A DNA stretch of 52,698 nt from Phycisphaerales bacterium (lineage in GTDB: Bacteria; Planctomycetota; Phycisphaerae; Phycisphaerales; UBA1924). The notes beneath the pieces were generated by a model. The model had not been told where the DNA came from. It did no database searches and saw only the letters and a list, made by a program, of their open reading frames with translations. The stretch is taken from the NCBI GenBank assembly GCA_044375915.1, contig JBILLU010000001.1, positions 1 to 52,698 on the forward strand, read 5' to 3'. Of the stretch, positions 24,702 through 33,729 are shown in pieces (within the stretch, counting starts at the first letter, position 1; every line of letters starts with the position of its first letter). The translations under genes were made by a program, and so were the position numbers.

Positions 24702-27536
24702 ATGTCGACTCGTGGCAATGGAATGAAGCGTGGCCTGCAAGTCGTGATTCTCGCGAAGCTCGCGGGCGCGACGGTGAGCATGACGGCGTTCGCAGCGCCG
24801 GTCGTGGCGGGCGACAACCCGGCGATGCTGCAGTGGTTCGAGAACAAGTGGTACGACATGGAGCGTCGTTTGCCGGACTGGTTCACCTATGGATGGGGCT
24901 CGGTGTGGCTGCCGCCGGTGACGAAGGGGCGGGACACCTCAAGCGCCGGGTACGACCCGTTCGATCGGTTTGATCTGGGCTCACCCAGCTCCCCCACTGC
25001 GTACGGAACGGCGGCGTACTTCGACGCGCTCGTGGATGAGTTCCATCGCGCCGACGGACTGGTGTACATCGACTCGGTGATGAACCACAACTCGGGGCGC
25101 GACGGCTCGAGCGGCTTCCAGCAGGCGGGCGGGTGGCCCGGCTTCTGGATGAGCCCGAACCCCGGCTTCACGACCAAGCAGGCGACAGACAATTGGGGCG
25201 ACTTCCACAACGGCGTTGCGGGCGGATACCTGCAGTCGGAGAACCCCAGCGGCGCGCGGTACGACCTGTACAAGGGCGATCTGGTCGCGCTCGTGGATAT
25301 CGCGCAGGAAAGCAACAACCAGTTCATCCGCCAACCGGTCGCGGCCGGCAATCCGCTCAACATCCCCGCGGGCACCGTGTACAACCAGCCCAACCCGGCG
25401 AACGCACAGTTCTACCCGAACCGCAATCTCCCGGGTGCCTCGTTCACCAATCCCGGCACGGCTCGCAACCCGGGCTCGAACAACTTCACGCTGTATCCGT
25501 TCGACGGCATGAACGGCACGCCGGTCGCTGAGAACGGCACCGGCCTGCTCTTGCGCTGGTCGCAATGGATGATGGACGTGCACAAGGTCGATGGCTTCCG
25601 CATCGACGCGATCAAGCACGTCCCGAGCTGGTTCTGGGACACCTTCTGGGACGCAGCGGTCTATCAGCGTCGGACGACGCCGGACGGTCGGAAGGTGACG
25701 CCCTTCTCGTTCGGCGAGAGCGTGGAGAGCAACCAGTTCACGTACGACAACTTCATCCGCAAGACGAACAACATCTTCCGGCAGGGCGACTCGTGGGGCA
25801 ACCGCGATGCGCTCGATCTGAACGGCGCGGGACAGCTGCGCGACCTGATCAACGGCAACGGACTCGGCTCCTGGCAGAACGTGCTGAACGCGCACCTCGA
25901 CAACCAGGACGGCTTCAACGACGGCACCCTGGGCGTCAACCACGTCTTCAGCCACGACAACGGCAGCGCCGGCAACGGCGGATCACTGCCGCCGCTGCCC
26001 AGCGCCCAGGCCCAGGGCATGTACGCCCACGCGTACCTCCTCACCCGCTCCGGACAGCCCAAGGTGTATCACAACGCCTTGGGACTGACCCGCGCGAGCG
26101 GCTTCTTCCCACGCCAAGGAATGCCGACCGCGATGGGCTGGAACCCCGCGACGAACTCAACTGATCAGACGCTGATCCGCCTCGTGCAGATCCACAACTG
26201 GGTCTGCCGCGGCGAGTTCAACGTGCTCAACAGCACCGATCCGGGCAACACCTCGACCGCGGACGTGCTGGTCTTTGAGCGTCGGACCAACCTGGGGTTC
26301 AACTCCTACTCGGGCAACGCCCTGATCGCGACCAACGACCGCTACGACTCGGGCACGCAGACCCGGTTCGTGCGCACCTCGTTCTCGACCGGCACGCGGC
26401 TGATCGAGCTGACCGGCAACGCGGCTGATCCCACGGTCGATCCGACCAACGCGATCCCCGACGTCATCACCACCACCAACTTCAACTCCACCGGCGGCTG
26501 GGCAACGGTCGTGGTACCCAACAACGCCAGCTCCGCGGGCACGCACAACAAGGGCTATCTCGTCTACGCCCCATCGATCCCCAGCGGAACGCTGACCCTG
26601 ACGCCCACGAGCAGCACGATTGCTGCCGACACGAACTTCACCCCGACATTCCGTCGGCGCTTGACGCCGCTGCCGGTCGTCTCGGCGAACAGCTTCAACA
26701 TCAACCTCACGACGTCCAACGGCGACGTGGCGCTGGTGGGCCAGCCGGGCGCCAACAACAACACCGACGACAACGCGCTCTTCAAGATCGGCGGCGGGTA
26801 CCGCGACTTCAACGCCAACGGCGTGGTGGATTTCGACCACACCACGGGCATCGCCGCGGGATATGAGCAGTTCCTGACGCTCAAGGACCCGCTGGCCGGC
26901 AAGCCGCAGAACGTGAACCAGGGCAACTACTCGCAGACGGTGAACACGTCGCTCCTGGATGAGGGCGTGCACTACCTGTCGGTGGTGGCGTTCCGCAAGC
27001 GGACCATCGCGGGCGAGGCCGCGCTGTTCCGCGAGTTCCGCCAGGCGTTCTACGTGGATCGTCTGCCGCCGGACGCGAGCATTCTGAACATTCCGGTGGT
27101 GCCGAGCGGAGCGCCGACGTACGCGTTCAGCATCAAGGCGAACGACCGCACGGTGAACCGCACGCACCTCATGCAGAACTTGGCCACGAACGCCAACCCG
27201 GTGACGAGCAGCAACTCGTTCAACCAAGCGACACAGAACGACCGGTTCGATTACTCGCGGTCGGTCACGTTCGTGAACGGCGTGAACCGCATCACGCTGG
27301 TGGCGTTCGAACTCTCGGGCAACAACGCCGTGAAGGACTACTACGTCAACTACTTCACGACCTGCCCGGGCGACTTCAACGCCGATGGCTTTGTCGACGA
27401 TACGGACTTTGTGTCCTTTGCCGACTTCTACAACGAACTGACCGCGATGCGCGGAGACCTCAACGGCGACCTTCAGACCGACGACTCGGACTTCGTGATC
27501 TTTGCGACCGCGTACAACGAGTTGATCTGTCCGTAA
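24702..27536 (+). CDS. GH13 alpha-amylase family protein with C-terminal dockerin-like tag
   Basis: All four GH13 regions are present: DSVMNHNS, DGFRIDAIKHV, FSFGESVE, HVFSHDNG. Signal-like N-terminus. GAGAGGAG precedes ATG 24702. The C-terminus is CPGDFNADGFVDDTDFVSFADFYN...DLNGDLQTDDSDFVIFATAYNELICP. Confidence 0.87.
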   Translation: MSTRGNGMKRGLQVVILAKLAGATVSMTAFAAPVVAGDNPAMLQWFENKWYDMERRLPDWFTYGWGSVWLPPVTKGRDTSSAGYDPFDRFDLGSPSSPTAYGTAAYFDALVDEFHRADGLVYIDSVMNHNSGRDGSSGFQQAGGWPGFWMSPNPGFTTKQATDNWGDFHNGVAGGYLQSENPSGARYDLYKGDLVALVDIAQESNNQFIRQPVAAGNPLNIPAGTVYNQPNPANAQFYPNRNLPGASFTNPGTARNPGSNNFTLYPFDGMNGTPVAENGTGLLLRWSQWMMDVHKVDGFRIDAIKHVPSWFWDTFWDAAVYQRRTTPDGRKVTPFSFGESVESNQFTYDNFIRKTNNIFRQGDSWGNRDALDLNGAGQLRDLINGNGLGSWQNVLNAHLDNQDGFNDGTLGVNHVFSHDNGSAGNGGSLPPLPSAQAQGMYAHAYLLTRSGQPKVYHNALGLTRASGFFPRQGMPTAMGWNPATNSTDQTLIRLVQIHNWVCRGEFNVLNSTDPGNTSTADVLVFERRTNLGFNSYSGNALIATNDRYDSGTQTRFVRTSFSTGTRLIELTGNAADPTVDPTNAIPDVITTTNFNSTGGWATVVVPNNASSAGTHNKGYLVYAPSIPSGTLTLTPTSSTIAADTNFTPTFRRRLTPLPVVSANSFNINLTTSNGDVALVGQPGANNNTDDNALFKIGGGYRDFNANGVVDFDHTTGIAAGYEQFLTLKDPLAGKPQNVNQGNYSQTVNTSLLDEGVHYLSVVAFRKRTIAGEAALFREFRQAFYVDRLPPDASILNIPVVPSGAPTYAFSIKANDRTVNRTHLMQNLATNANPVTSSNSFNQATQNDRFDYSRSVTFVNGVNRITLVAFELSGNNAVKDYYVNYFTTCPGDFNADGFVDDTDFVSFADFYNELTAMRGDLNGDLQTDDSDFVIFATAYNELICP

Positions 27537-27599
27537 GCCTCTCGCCGCCATTCAGGCTGCAGGATGCCGAGGCCGCTTGAAATCAAGAGAACGAACTCT

Positions 27600-27634
27600 C
27601 CGGGGGTGCCACGCGGCACCCCCGGCTTTGTTCT
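27600..27634 (+). terminator. Intrinsic terminator after the amylase gene
   Basis: CCGGGGGTGCC-ACGC-GGCACCCCCGG (perfect 11-bp stem) followed by CTTTGTTCT. A second hairpin GGCAGGCC-GTG-GGCCTGCC follows at 27635-27653. Confidence 0.75.
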
Positions 27635-27764
27635 GGCAGGCCGTGGGCCTGCCGGCGCGAACGAGTGCTCAAAACGAAGCCGGCCAGCATGAGAACCGCT
27701 GCGTGGACATCAGTCGCGCCGCAGAACCCGCGGACTGATGGCACCACGCACAGTTGATCGCTCG

Positions 27765-29378
27765 TTACCGCGACAACGCGGGCTGAGGCTTGCTGCTCTC
27801 AACGGTGGCGAGGCGCAGAATGTTGGTCTGCGTCATCTGGTCGCCGTTCAGTTCGCCGCTGAGGCGGCCGTCGGCCATGACCAGCAGCCGGTCCGACAAT
27901 GCCAGCAGTTCAGGCATCTCGCTGGAGACCAGCAGCACGGCGGTGCCGCTGTCGGCGGCAGCGCGGACGAGTTTGTAGATCTCGGCCTTGGTGCCGACGT
28001 CGATGCCGCGGGTGGGTTCGTCGAGCAGGAGCACGCGGGTGCTGCCGCCCATCCAACGGGCAATGAGGAGTTTCTGCTGGTTGCCGCCAGAGAGCTCGCC
28101 GGGCAGCGATGCACGGCTGGCCGCCTTGACCTGGAACTCACGGAACTTGGTCGAGATCAGATCACGCTCGGCACTGACGGTGCGCAGGCCAAAGAGGCGT
28201 GCGAGGCGGGGCATGAAGGGAACGACGGTGTTCTCGCCCACGCCGAGCAAGAAAAAGAGACCTTGCAAGCGCCGGTCTTCAGGGACGTATCCAAGCCCGG
28301 CGTCGATCGCGGCGCGAGCACCCTTGCCGCTGACGTCCTTGCCCTTGATGACCACCGTGCCGTTGGCGTTGTCGTCGAGGCCGAAGATGGCACTGAGCAG
28401 TTCAGAGCGGCCGCTGCCGACAAGACCGCCGATGCCGAGGATCTCGCCTTCGCGGAGCGTGAGCGAAATGTTGTCGAGTTTGCCGGGCGAGGTGAGGCCT
28501 TTGACCTCAAGAGCGACGCCGCCGGCGTGGGCGTGGTGCGTGCCGTTCTCGGCCGCGAGGGACGGGAGCTTGCCACTGGGCGTGCTGAGGCGGCGGCCGA
28601 TCATCTGTTCGACGAGGGTGGGTTCGTCGAGGTCCTTGATGCGGGTGGTGGCGACGTACTTCCCGTCGCGCAGCACGCTGACGCGGTCGCACACGGCGAA
28701 GATCTCGCCCATGCGGTGGCTGACGTAGATGATCGTGATGCCCTGCTTGGCGAGGGCGCGGGTGATCTCGAGCAGGCGGTCGGTCTCCGTCATCGAGAGC
28801 GAACTAGTAGGCTCGTCAAAGACGATGACGCGGGGCTTGGATCCGCCAGTGGCGGAGCGGTCGTCGAGTGCGGCGGCGATCTGGCAGATCTGGCGTCGCC
28901 CGGGGGCGAGGCTGCCGAGCGGGGCGGCGACGTCGATGGAAGGGTCGAGGCGATGGACGAGGGTGGCGGCGCGGCGCTCGAGCTCCCGGCGGTCGAGCAG
29001 GCCAAGTCGCGTCGTCGGTAGATCGTGCAGGCCCAGGTTCTCGGCCACCGAGAGGTTGGGGCACTGGGCGAGTTCCTGGTGGACGATGCGGATGCCGTGG
29101 GCGAAGGAGTCCTCGATGTCGCCCGGGGTGAGTTCGTGAATGGCACCGGCATCGGTGCGGACGACAACAGCGCCGGAATCTTGCTTGTGCAGGCCGCTGA
29201 TGACCTTACCGAGGGTGGACTTGCCAGCGCCGTTCTCACCCATGAGGGCGTGGACCTCGCCGGCGAAGAAGGAGACGGAGACGTTGTCGAGAGCCTGGGT
29301 GATGCCGAAGCGCTTGGAGATGCCGCGGGCCTCGAGGAGGACGAGCGAGTCGGGGGATGAGGGATCGCGGTCGGTCAT
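27765..29378 (-). CDS. Sugar-type ABC transporter ATP-binding protein with two NBDs (RbsA/MglA-like)
   Basis: The first NBD has GENGAGKST and LSMTETDRL..IIYVSH. The second has LSGGNQQK and VLLLDEPTRGID. This tandem-NBD architecture is typical of carbohydrate-uptake ATPases. No permease gene is adjacent. Confidence 0.9.
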   Translation of the reverse strand: MTDRDPSSPDSLVLLEARGISKRFGITQALDNVSVSFFAGEVHALMGENGAGKSTLGKVISGLHKQDSGAVVVRTDAGAIHELTPGDIEDSFAHGIRIVHQELAQCPNLSVAENLGLHDLPTTRLGLLDRRELERRAATLVHRLDPSIDVAAPLGSLAPGRRQICQIAAALDDRSATGGSKPRVIVFDEPTSSLSMTETDRLLEITRALAKQGITIIYVSHRMGEIFAVCDRVSVLRDGKYVATTRIKDLDEPTLVEQMIGRRLSTPSGKLPSLAAENGTHHAHAGGVALEVKGLTSPGKLDNISLTLREGEILGIGGLVGSGRSELLSAIFGLDDNANGTVVIKGKDVSGKGARAAIDAGLGYVPEDRRLQGLFFLLGVGENTVVPFMPRLARLFGLRTVSAERDLISTKFREFQVKAASRASLPGELSGGNQQKLLIARWMGGSTRVLLLDEPTRGIDVGTKAEIYKLVRAAADSGTAVLLVSSEMPELLALSDRLLVMADGRLSGELNGDQMTQTNILRLATVESSKPQPALSR

Positions 29379-29410
29379 GGGGTGTTGGATGATACAGCGT
29401 GGCCGGGGAA

Positions 29411-29443
29411 AGCGGAAATGAAAACGCCCGGGGGGCCGGGCGT
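29411..29443 (-). terminator. Intrinsic terminator after recA
   Basis: Minus strand reads ACGCCCGG-CCCC-CCGGGCGT followed by TTTCATTTCCGCT, about 80 nt after the recA stop. Confidence 0.75.
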
Positions 29444-29522
29444 GTGGGGGCGGAAGTCAGATCGGGATAGGGAGCAACGGTGGCCCCACACTGGCGCGTG
29501 GGGTTCGCTTTCCGGATGGTGC

Positions 29523-30602
<1,080 letters not shown>

Positions 30603-30814
30603 GAGAAACCCAATCTCCCGCCTGAGGCGGGTTGACCGGTGGTTGGCCGAAGGGTCGGTCGCGGGAACGAATGTCCACCCCGGAGTGACATTGCTCCCAC
30701 GTCCGCCAGCCGGGACCACGAGTCGGCCCGACGCTGAGCCCGGTGCGGGACCTCCTTGGCCTCGCGGAAACCGGTGGACAGGGGCGGCGTCGGTCGCGGG
30801 CCTGTCTGAGGCAG

Positions 30815-30843
30815 AGCGTACCGAAACCAAACAGACTTGTCAA
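30815..30843 (-). promoter_or_regulatory. Candidate sigma70-type promoter for recA
   Basis: Minus strand: TTGACA (30843-30838), 17-nt spacer, TACGCT (30820-30815). This would give a ~200-nt leader. Confidence 0.4.
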
Positions 30844-31024
30844 TGTTTGGTCTTTGAGCGGAAGCCGGTTTTTCTTAACTGTATGCAGCACATGCTTTTA
30901 CGCTGTGGAAAACCGAACAGGCCAGAAACCAAGAGCGATCCCCCACCGATGGCAAAACCGGCGGCGATTCCGTCGAATTGCAGACACTACGAGTGCCTTC
31001 GGATGCACCGGTTACTCTCCTGCG

Positions 31025-31870
31025 ATGAGTCGATTGCTGCCAAGTGTCGCCGCGTGCTGTGCTGCGGCGTGTCTGATCTTCGCGTTCCCGATCGGCGGGT
31101 GCGCGTCCCGGACGCAGCAGTACGAACACAATCATGCCGGAGTTTCGATGTCCACGACCAAGGCGACCGGCTTCCTCTTCCGCACCATCACTGTCCCGAG
31201 CAACGGCCAGTCGCTCACGAGCAAGTACGCGGTGTACGTGCCGCGGTGGTACGACGGGTCGAAGCCGGTGCCGCTGATTCTGTTCTTGCACGGGCGGGGC
31301 GAGTCGGGGACCGACGGTCAGAAGACGATCGCCCAGGGCCTGGGTACGGCGATCCTGTTCAACGAGGCCGCGTGGCCGGCGATCGTGCTGTTTCCGCAGA
31401 AGCCGACGCCCGAGTCGCGCTGGATCGATCACGAAGGGCTCGCGATGGGCGTGCTGGAGGAGGCACGCACGATGTACAACATCGATGCGTCGCTGATTTA
31501 CTTGACCGGGCTCTCGCAAGGCGGCGCGGGGTCGTGGGCGATCGGGGCGAAGCACGCGGATGTGTTCGCGGCGGTCGCACCGATCTGCGGCTTCACGAAC
31601 ACATGGGACAACGGCCCAGTGACGCCGCAGTCCGTGGCCGATGGCATCAGCACGCTGCCGATCTGGACGTTCCATGGCCTGAAGGACGACGTTGTGCTGC
31701 CGAAGGAAACCGAGGCGATCGTCACGGCGGTGCAGGCGAAGCAGGCGAGTTTGCCCGGAGTTCCTGCGATCAAGGCGACGTACTTCCCCGACGCGAACCA
31801 CAACTCCTGGGACGCGGCGTATCGCTCGGCGGAGTTGCCGAAGTGGTTGTTTGAGCAGCGGAGGCGGTGA
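31025..31870 (+). CDS. Alpha/beta-hydrolase esterase lipoprotein (PHB-depolymerase/carboxylesterase-like)
   Basis: ATG 31025. MSRLLPSVAACCAAACLIFAFPIGGC is a lipobox. LILFLHGRGESG and the nucleophile elbow GLSQGG are present. The later HGLKDDVV fits the Ser-Asp-His hydrolase layout. Confidence 0.75.
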   Translation: MSRLLPSVAACCAAACLIFAFPIGGCASRTQQYEHNHAGVSMSTTKATGFLFRTITVPSNGQSLTSKYAVYVPRWYDGSKPVPLILFLHGRGESGTDGQKTIAQGLGTAILFNEAAWPAIVLFPQKPTPESRWIDHEGLAMGVLEEARTMYNIDASLIYLTGLSQGGAGSWAIGAKHADVFAAVAPICGFTNTWDNGPVTPQSVADGISTLPIWTFHGLKDDVVLPKETEAIVTAVQAKQASLPGVPAIKATYFPDANHNSWDAAYRSAELPKWLFEQRRR

Positions 31871-31940
31871 AGCGCTCTCGGGGAACGTAGCTCAACACCG
31901 CGAGCGACGCGAAATCCCCTCCACCTGCTTCGCCTTCGAC

Positions 31941-31978
31941 GAAGCTGTCCCCGCAAGCGGGGAGAGGAGTCGCCCGCG
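31941..31978. repeat. Hairpin repeat family 2, copy 2
   Basis: GAAGCTGTCCCCGCAAGCGGGGAGAGGAGTCGCCCGCGG. It lies in the convergent spacer between the esterase and beta-CASP genes. Confidence 0.65.
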
Positions 31979-32009
31979 GCGGACGCAGCGCGGTGTGCTT
32001 CGGCGTGTG

Positions 32010-33434
32010 TCAGTTTGCGAGGTGGATCACGTCTCCCCGCATCGGCAGTTCCGCAGCGACGCCATAGCGGTCTTTCAACCCCGCGGCAAGGGCGGCACGG
32101 GGGCCGTCTTCGCCGTGAGTCAGGACCAATCGCGGGCGGCCTTTCATCATCTTTTCGGGCCAAGCGAGCAGCTCGCTGCGGCCAGCGTGCGCGCTGAAGC
32201 CGTCGAGGCGGTGGATGTCGGCACGCACCGCGATCGGGTCGTTGAAGATGAACACCTGATCGGCGCCGTCCGCGAGCTTTCGGCCGAGCGTGCCCTCGGC
32301 CATATAGCCGACCAGAACGACTGCGGTGCCGCGGCGCCAGAGGTTGTGGCGCAGGTGGTGGACGATGCGGCCGCCCTCGCACATGCCGCTACCGGCGATG
32401 ATGACGCAGGGGTCCCACGATTCGTTGAGTGCCCGCGATTCGTTGGCGGTCTCGATGAGGCGCAGCGATTTCAGACCGTCGACGAGGCGCTGGCAGCGAG
32501 CGAGCTTGGTCGCTTCGGCGTCGTAGAGGTTGGTGTGCTTCATATAGACCTCGGTGGCCCGCTTGGCGGCAGGACTGTCGAGATAGACCGGGATGTCGGC
32601 GAGCTCACCGGCCTCGTGAGCGCAGATCAGGTGGTAGAGCAGCAATTGCGTGCGGCCGATCGCGAAGGCGGGGATGATGACACGTTGCTTGTTGAAGATC
32701 GTGTCGCGGACAATGCGGATGAGTCTCTCGACGGAAGCGGACGTGCCTGGGTGTTCCTTGTCGCCATAGGTGGACTCGAGGAAGACAAGGTCGGCCTCAC
32801 TGGGCGGCTCAGGGTCGCGGAGAATGGGGGCATTGCGAGGTCCGATGTCGCCGCTGAAGACGATTTTCTTGGTGACGCCGGCGTCGGACACCGTCATCGC
32901 AATAGAAGCGCTGCCGAGGATGTGGCCAGCCTCGTAGTAGCGGATCTTGACGCCGGGGGCGACGGGCGCTTCTTTCGCGTACGGCACGTCCTTGATGAGC
33001 TTGTAGACAGCCTCGGCGTCCTGCTTGGTGTAGATCGGCTCGATCGGGTCAAGGCCGGCGCGTTCGCGTTTGCGATTCTCGCGCTGGGTGTCCTGCTCTT
33101 GAATGCCCGCGGAGTCGCGGAGCACGGCTTCGGTGAGGTCGCCGCTGGCGGGTGTGGCGAAGATCGGGCCGTTGTAGCCGGCGCGGGTGAGCATCGGCAG
33201 GCGGCCGGTGTGGTCGAGGTGGGCGTGCGTCAGCACGACGGCGGCGAGGGAACGCGGATCGATGACGCCAAGAGACGCGTTGACGTCGATCCGCTCGCCG
33301 TTGCCGTTGGTGGTGCGGGCGTCTCTGCCCTGGAACATGCCCAGGTCAACGAGGACCTTGGTCTGGGAGGTTTCGACGAGATAGGCGGAGCCGGTCACGC
33401 CTCCAGCGGCACCGAGGACACGGACTTGGATCAT
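32010..33434 (-). CDS. MBL-fold beta-CASP nuclease (RNase J/CPSF-like)
   Basis: ATG 33432-33434. MIQVRVLGAAGGVTGSAYLVE...VLTHAHLDHTGRLP carries the HxHxDH motif. Length (474 aa) and C-terminal layout fit bacterial beta-CASP enzymes. The ORF-track extension to 34139 crosses the repeat element and is rejected. Confidence 0.85.
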   Translation of the reverse strand: MIQVRVLGAAGGVTGSAYLVETSQTKVLVDLGMFQGRDARTTNGNGERIDVNASLGVIDPRSLAAVVLTHAHLDHTGRLPMLTRAGYNGPIFATPASGDLTEAVLRDSAGIQEQDTQRENRKRERAGLDPIEPIYTKQDAEAVYKLIKDVPYAKEAPVAPGVKIRYYEAGHILGSASIAMTVSDAGVTKKIVFSGDIGPRNAPILRDPEPPSEADLVFLESTYGDKEHPGTSASVERLIRIVRDTIFNKQRVIIPAFAIGRTQLLLYHLICAHEAGELADIPVYLDSPAAKRATEVYMKHTNLYDAEATKLARCQRLVDGLKSLRLIETANESRALNESWDPCVIIAGSGMCEGGRIVHHLRHNLWRRGTAVVLVGYMAEGTLGRKLADGADQVFIFNDPIAVRADIHRLDGFSAHAGRSELLAWPEKMMKGRPRLVLTHGEDGPRAALAAGLKDRYGVAAELPMRGDVIHLAN

Positions 33435-33456
33435 TTGGGGCTCCGGGTGGAAGCAT

Positions 33457-33723
33457 GAACCACAGAGGCACAGAGACGCGGAGAAGGGTAAGGCGGGGAG
33501 TTCAACTCGAAGGGCGCGAAGGGGCTCGAAGTGGAGAAAGCAGTGGACACAAAGCCCATGATGAGTGCACGTGGACCCAGTGCTCATTGAGTCCATCACA
33601 TGCTGACGTGTCGGCCGTGCATTCGCCGCACAGTAAAGAGCCTTTGCTTTGTGACTTCTTCGAGTTCTTCGAGCCCTTCGAGTTGAAGTCTCTTCTCTGT
33701 GCCTCTGTGTCTCCGTGGTGAAC
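33457..33723. repeat. MITE-like imperfect inverted repeat (~270 bp)
   Basis: The left arm holds CACAGAGGCACAGAGA, TTCAACTCGAAGGGC, CTCGAAG and ACAAAGC. The right arm (33641-33723) holds their reverse complements in mirrored order, with unequal spacing. The centre (~85 nt) has a small hairpin. GC is visibly lower than the flanks. Confidence 0.75.
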
Positions 33724-33729
33724 TCCCCA

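Noticed and set aside
30879-30894. E. coli-type SOS box look-alike CTGTATGCAGCACATG between recA and the esterase gene
   Set aside because: The distal half reads CATG, not ACAG, and the site lies upstream of the predicted recA -35. I do not consider it a credible CTGT-N8-ACAG operator.
33455-33721. 88-aa ORF (MNHRGTETRRR...LCASVSPW) on the palindromic element
   Set aside because: It is exactly coextensive with the inverted repeat, and its two ends mirror each other as translated repeat arms. No RBS is present. I treat it as translated repeat DNA.
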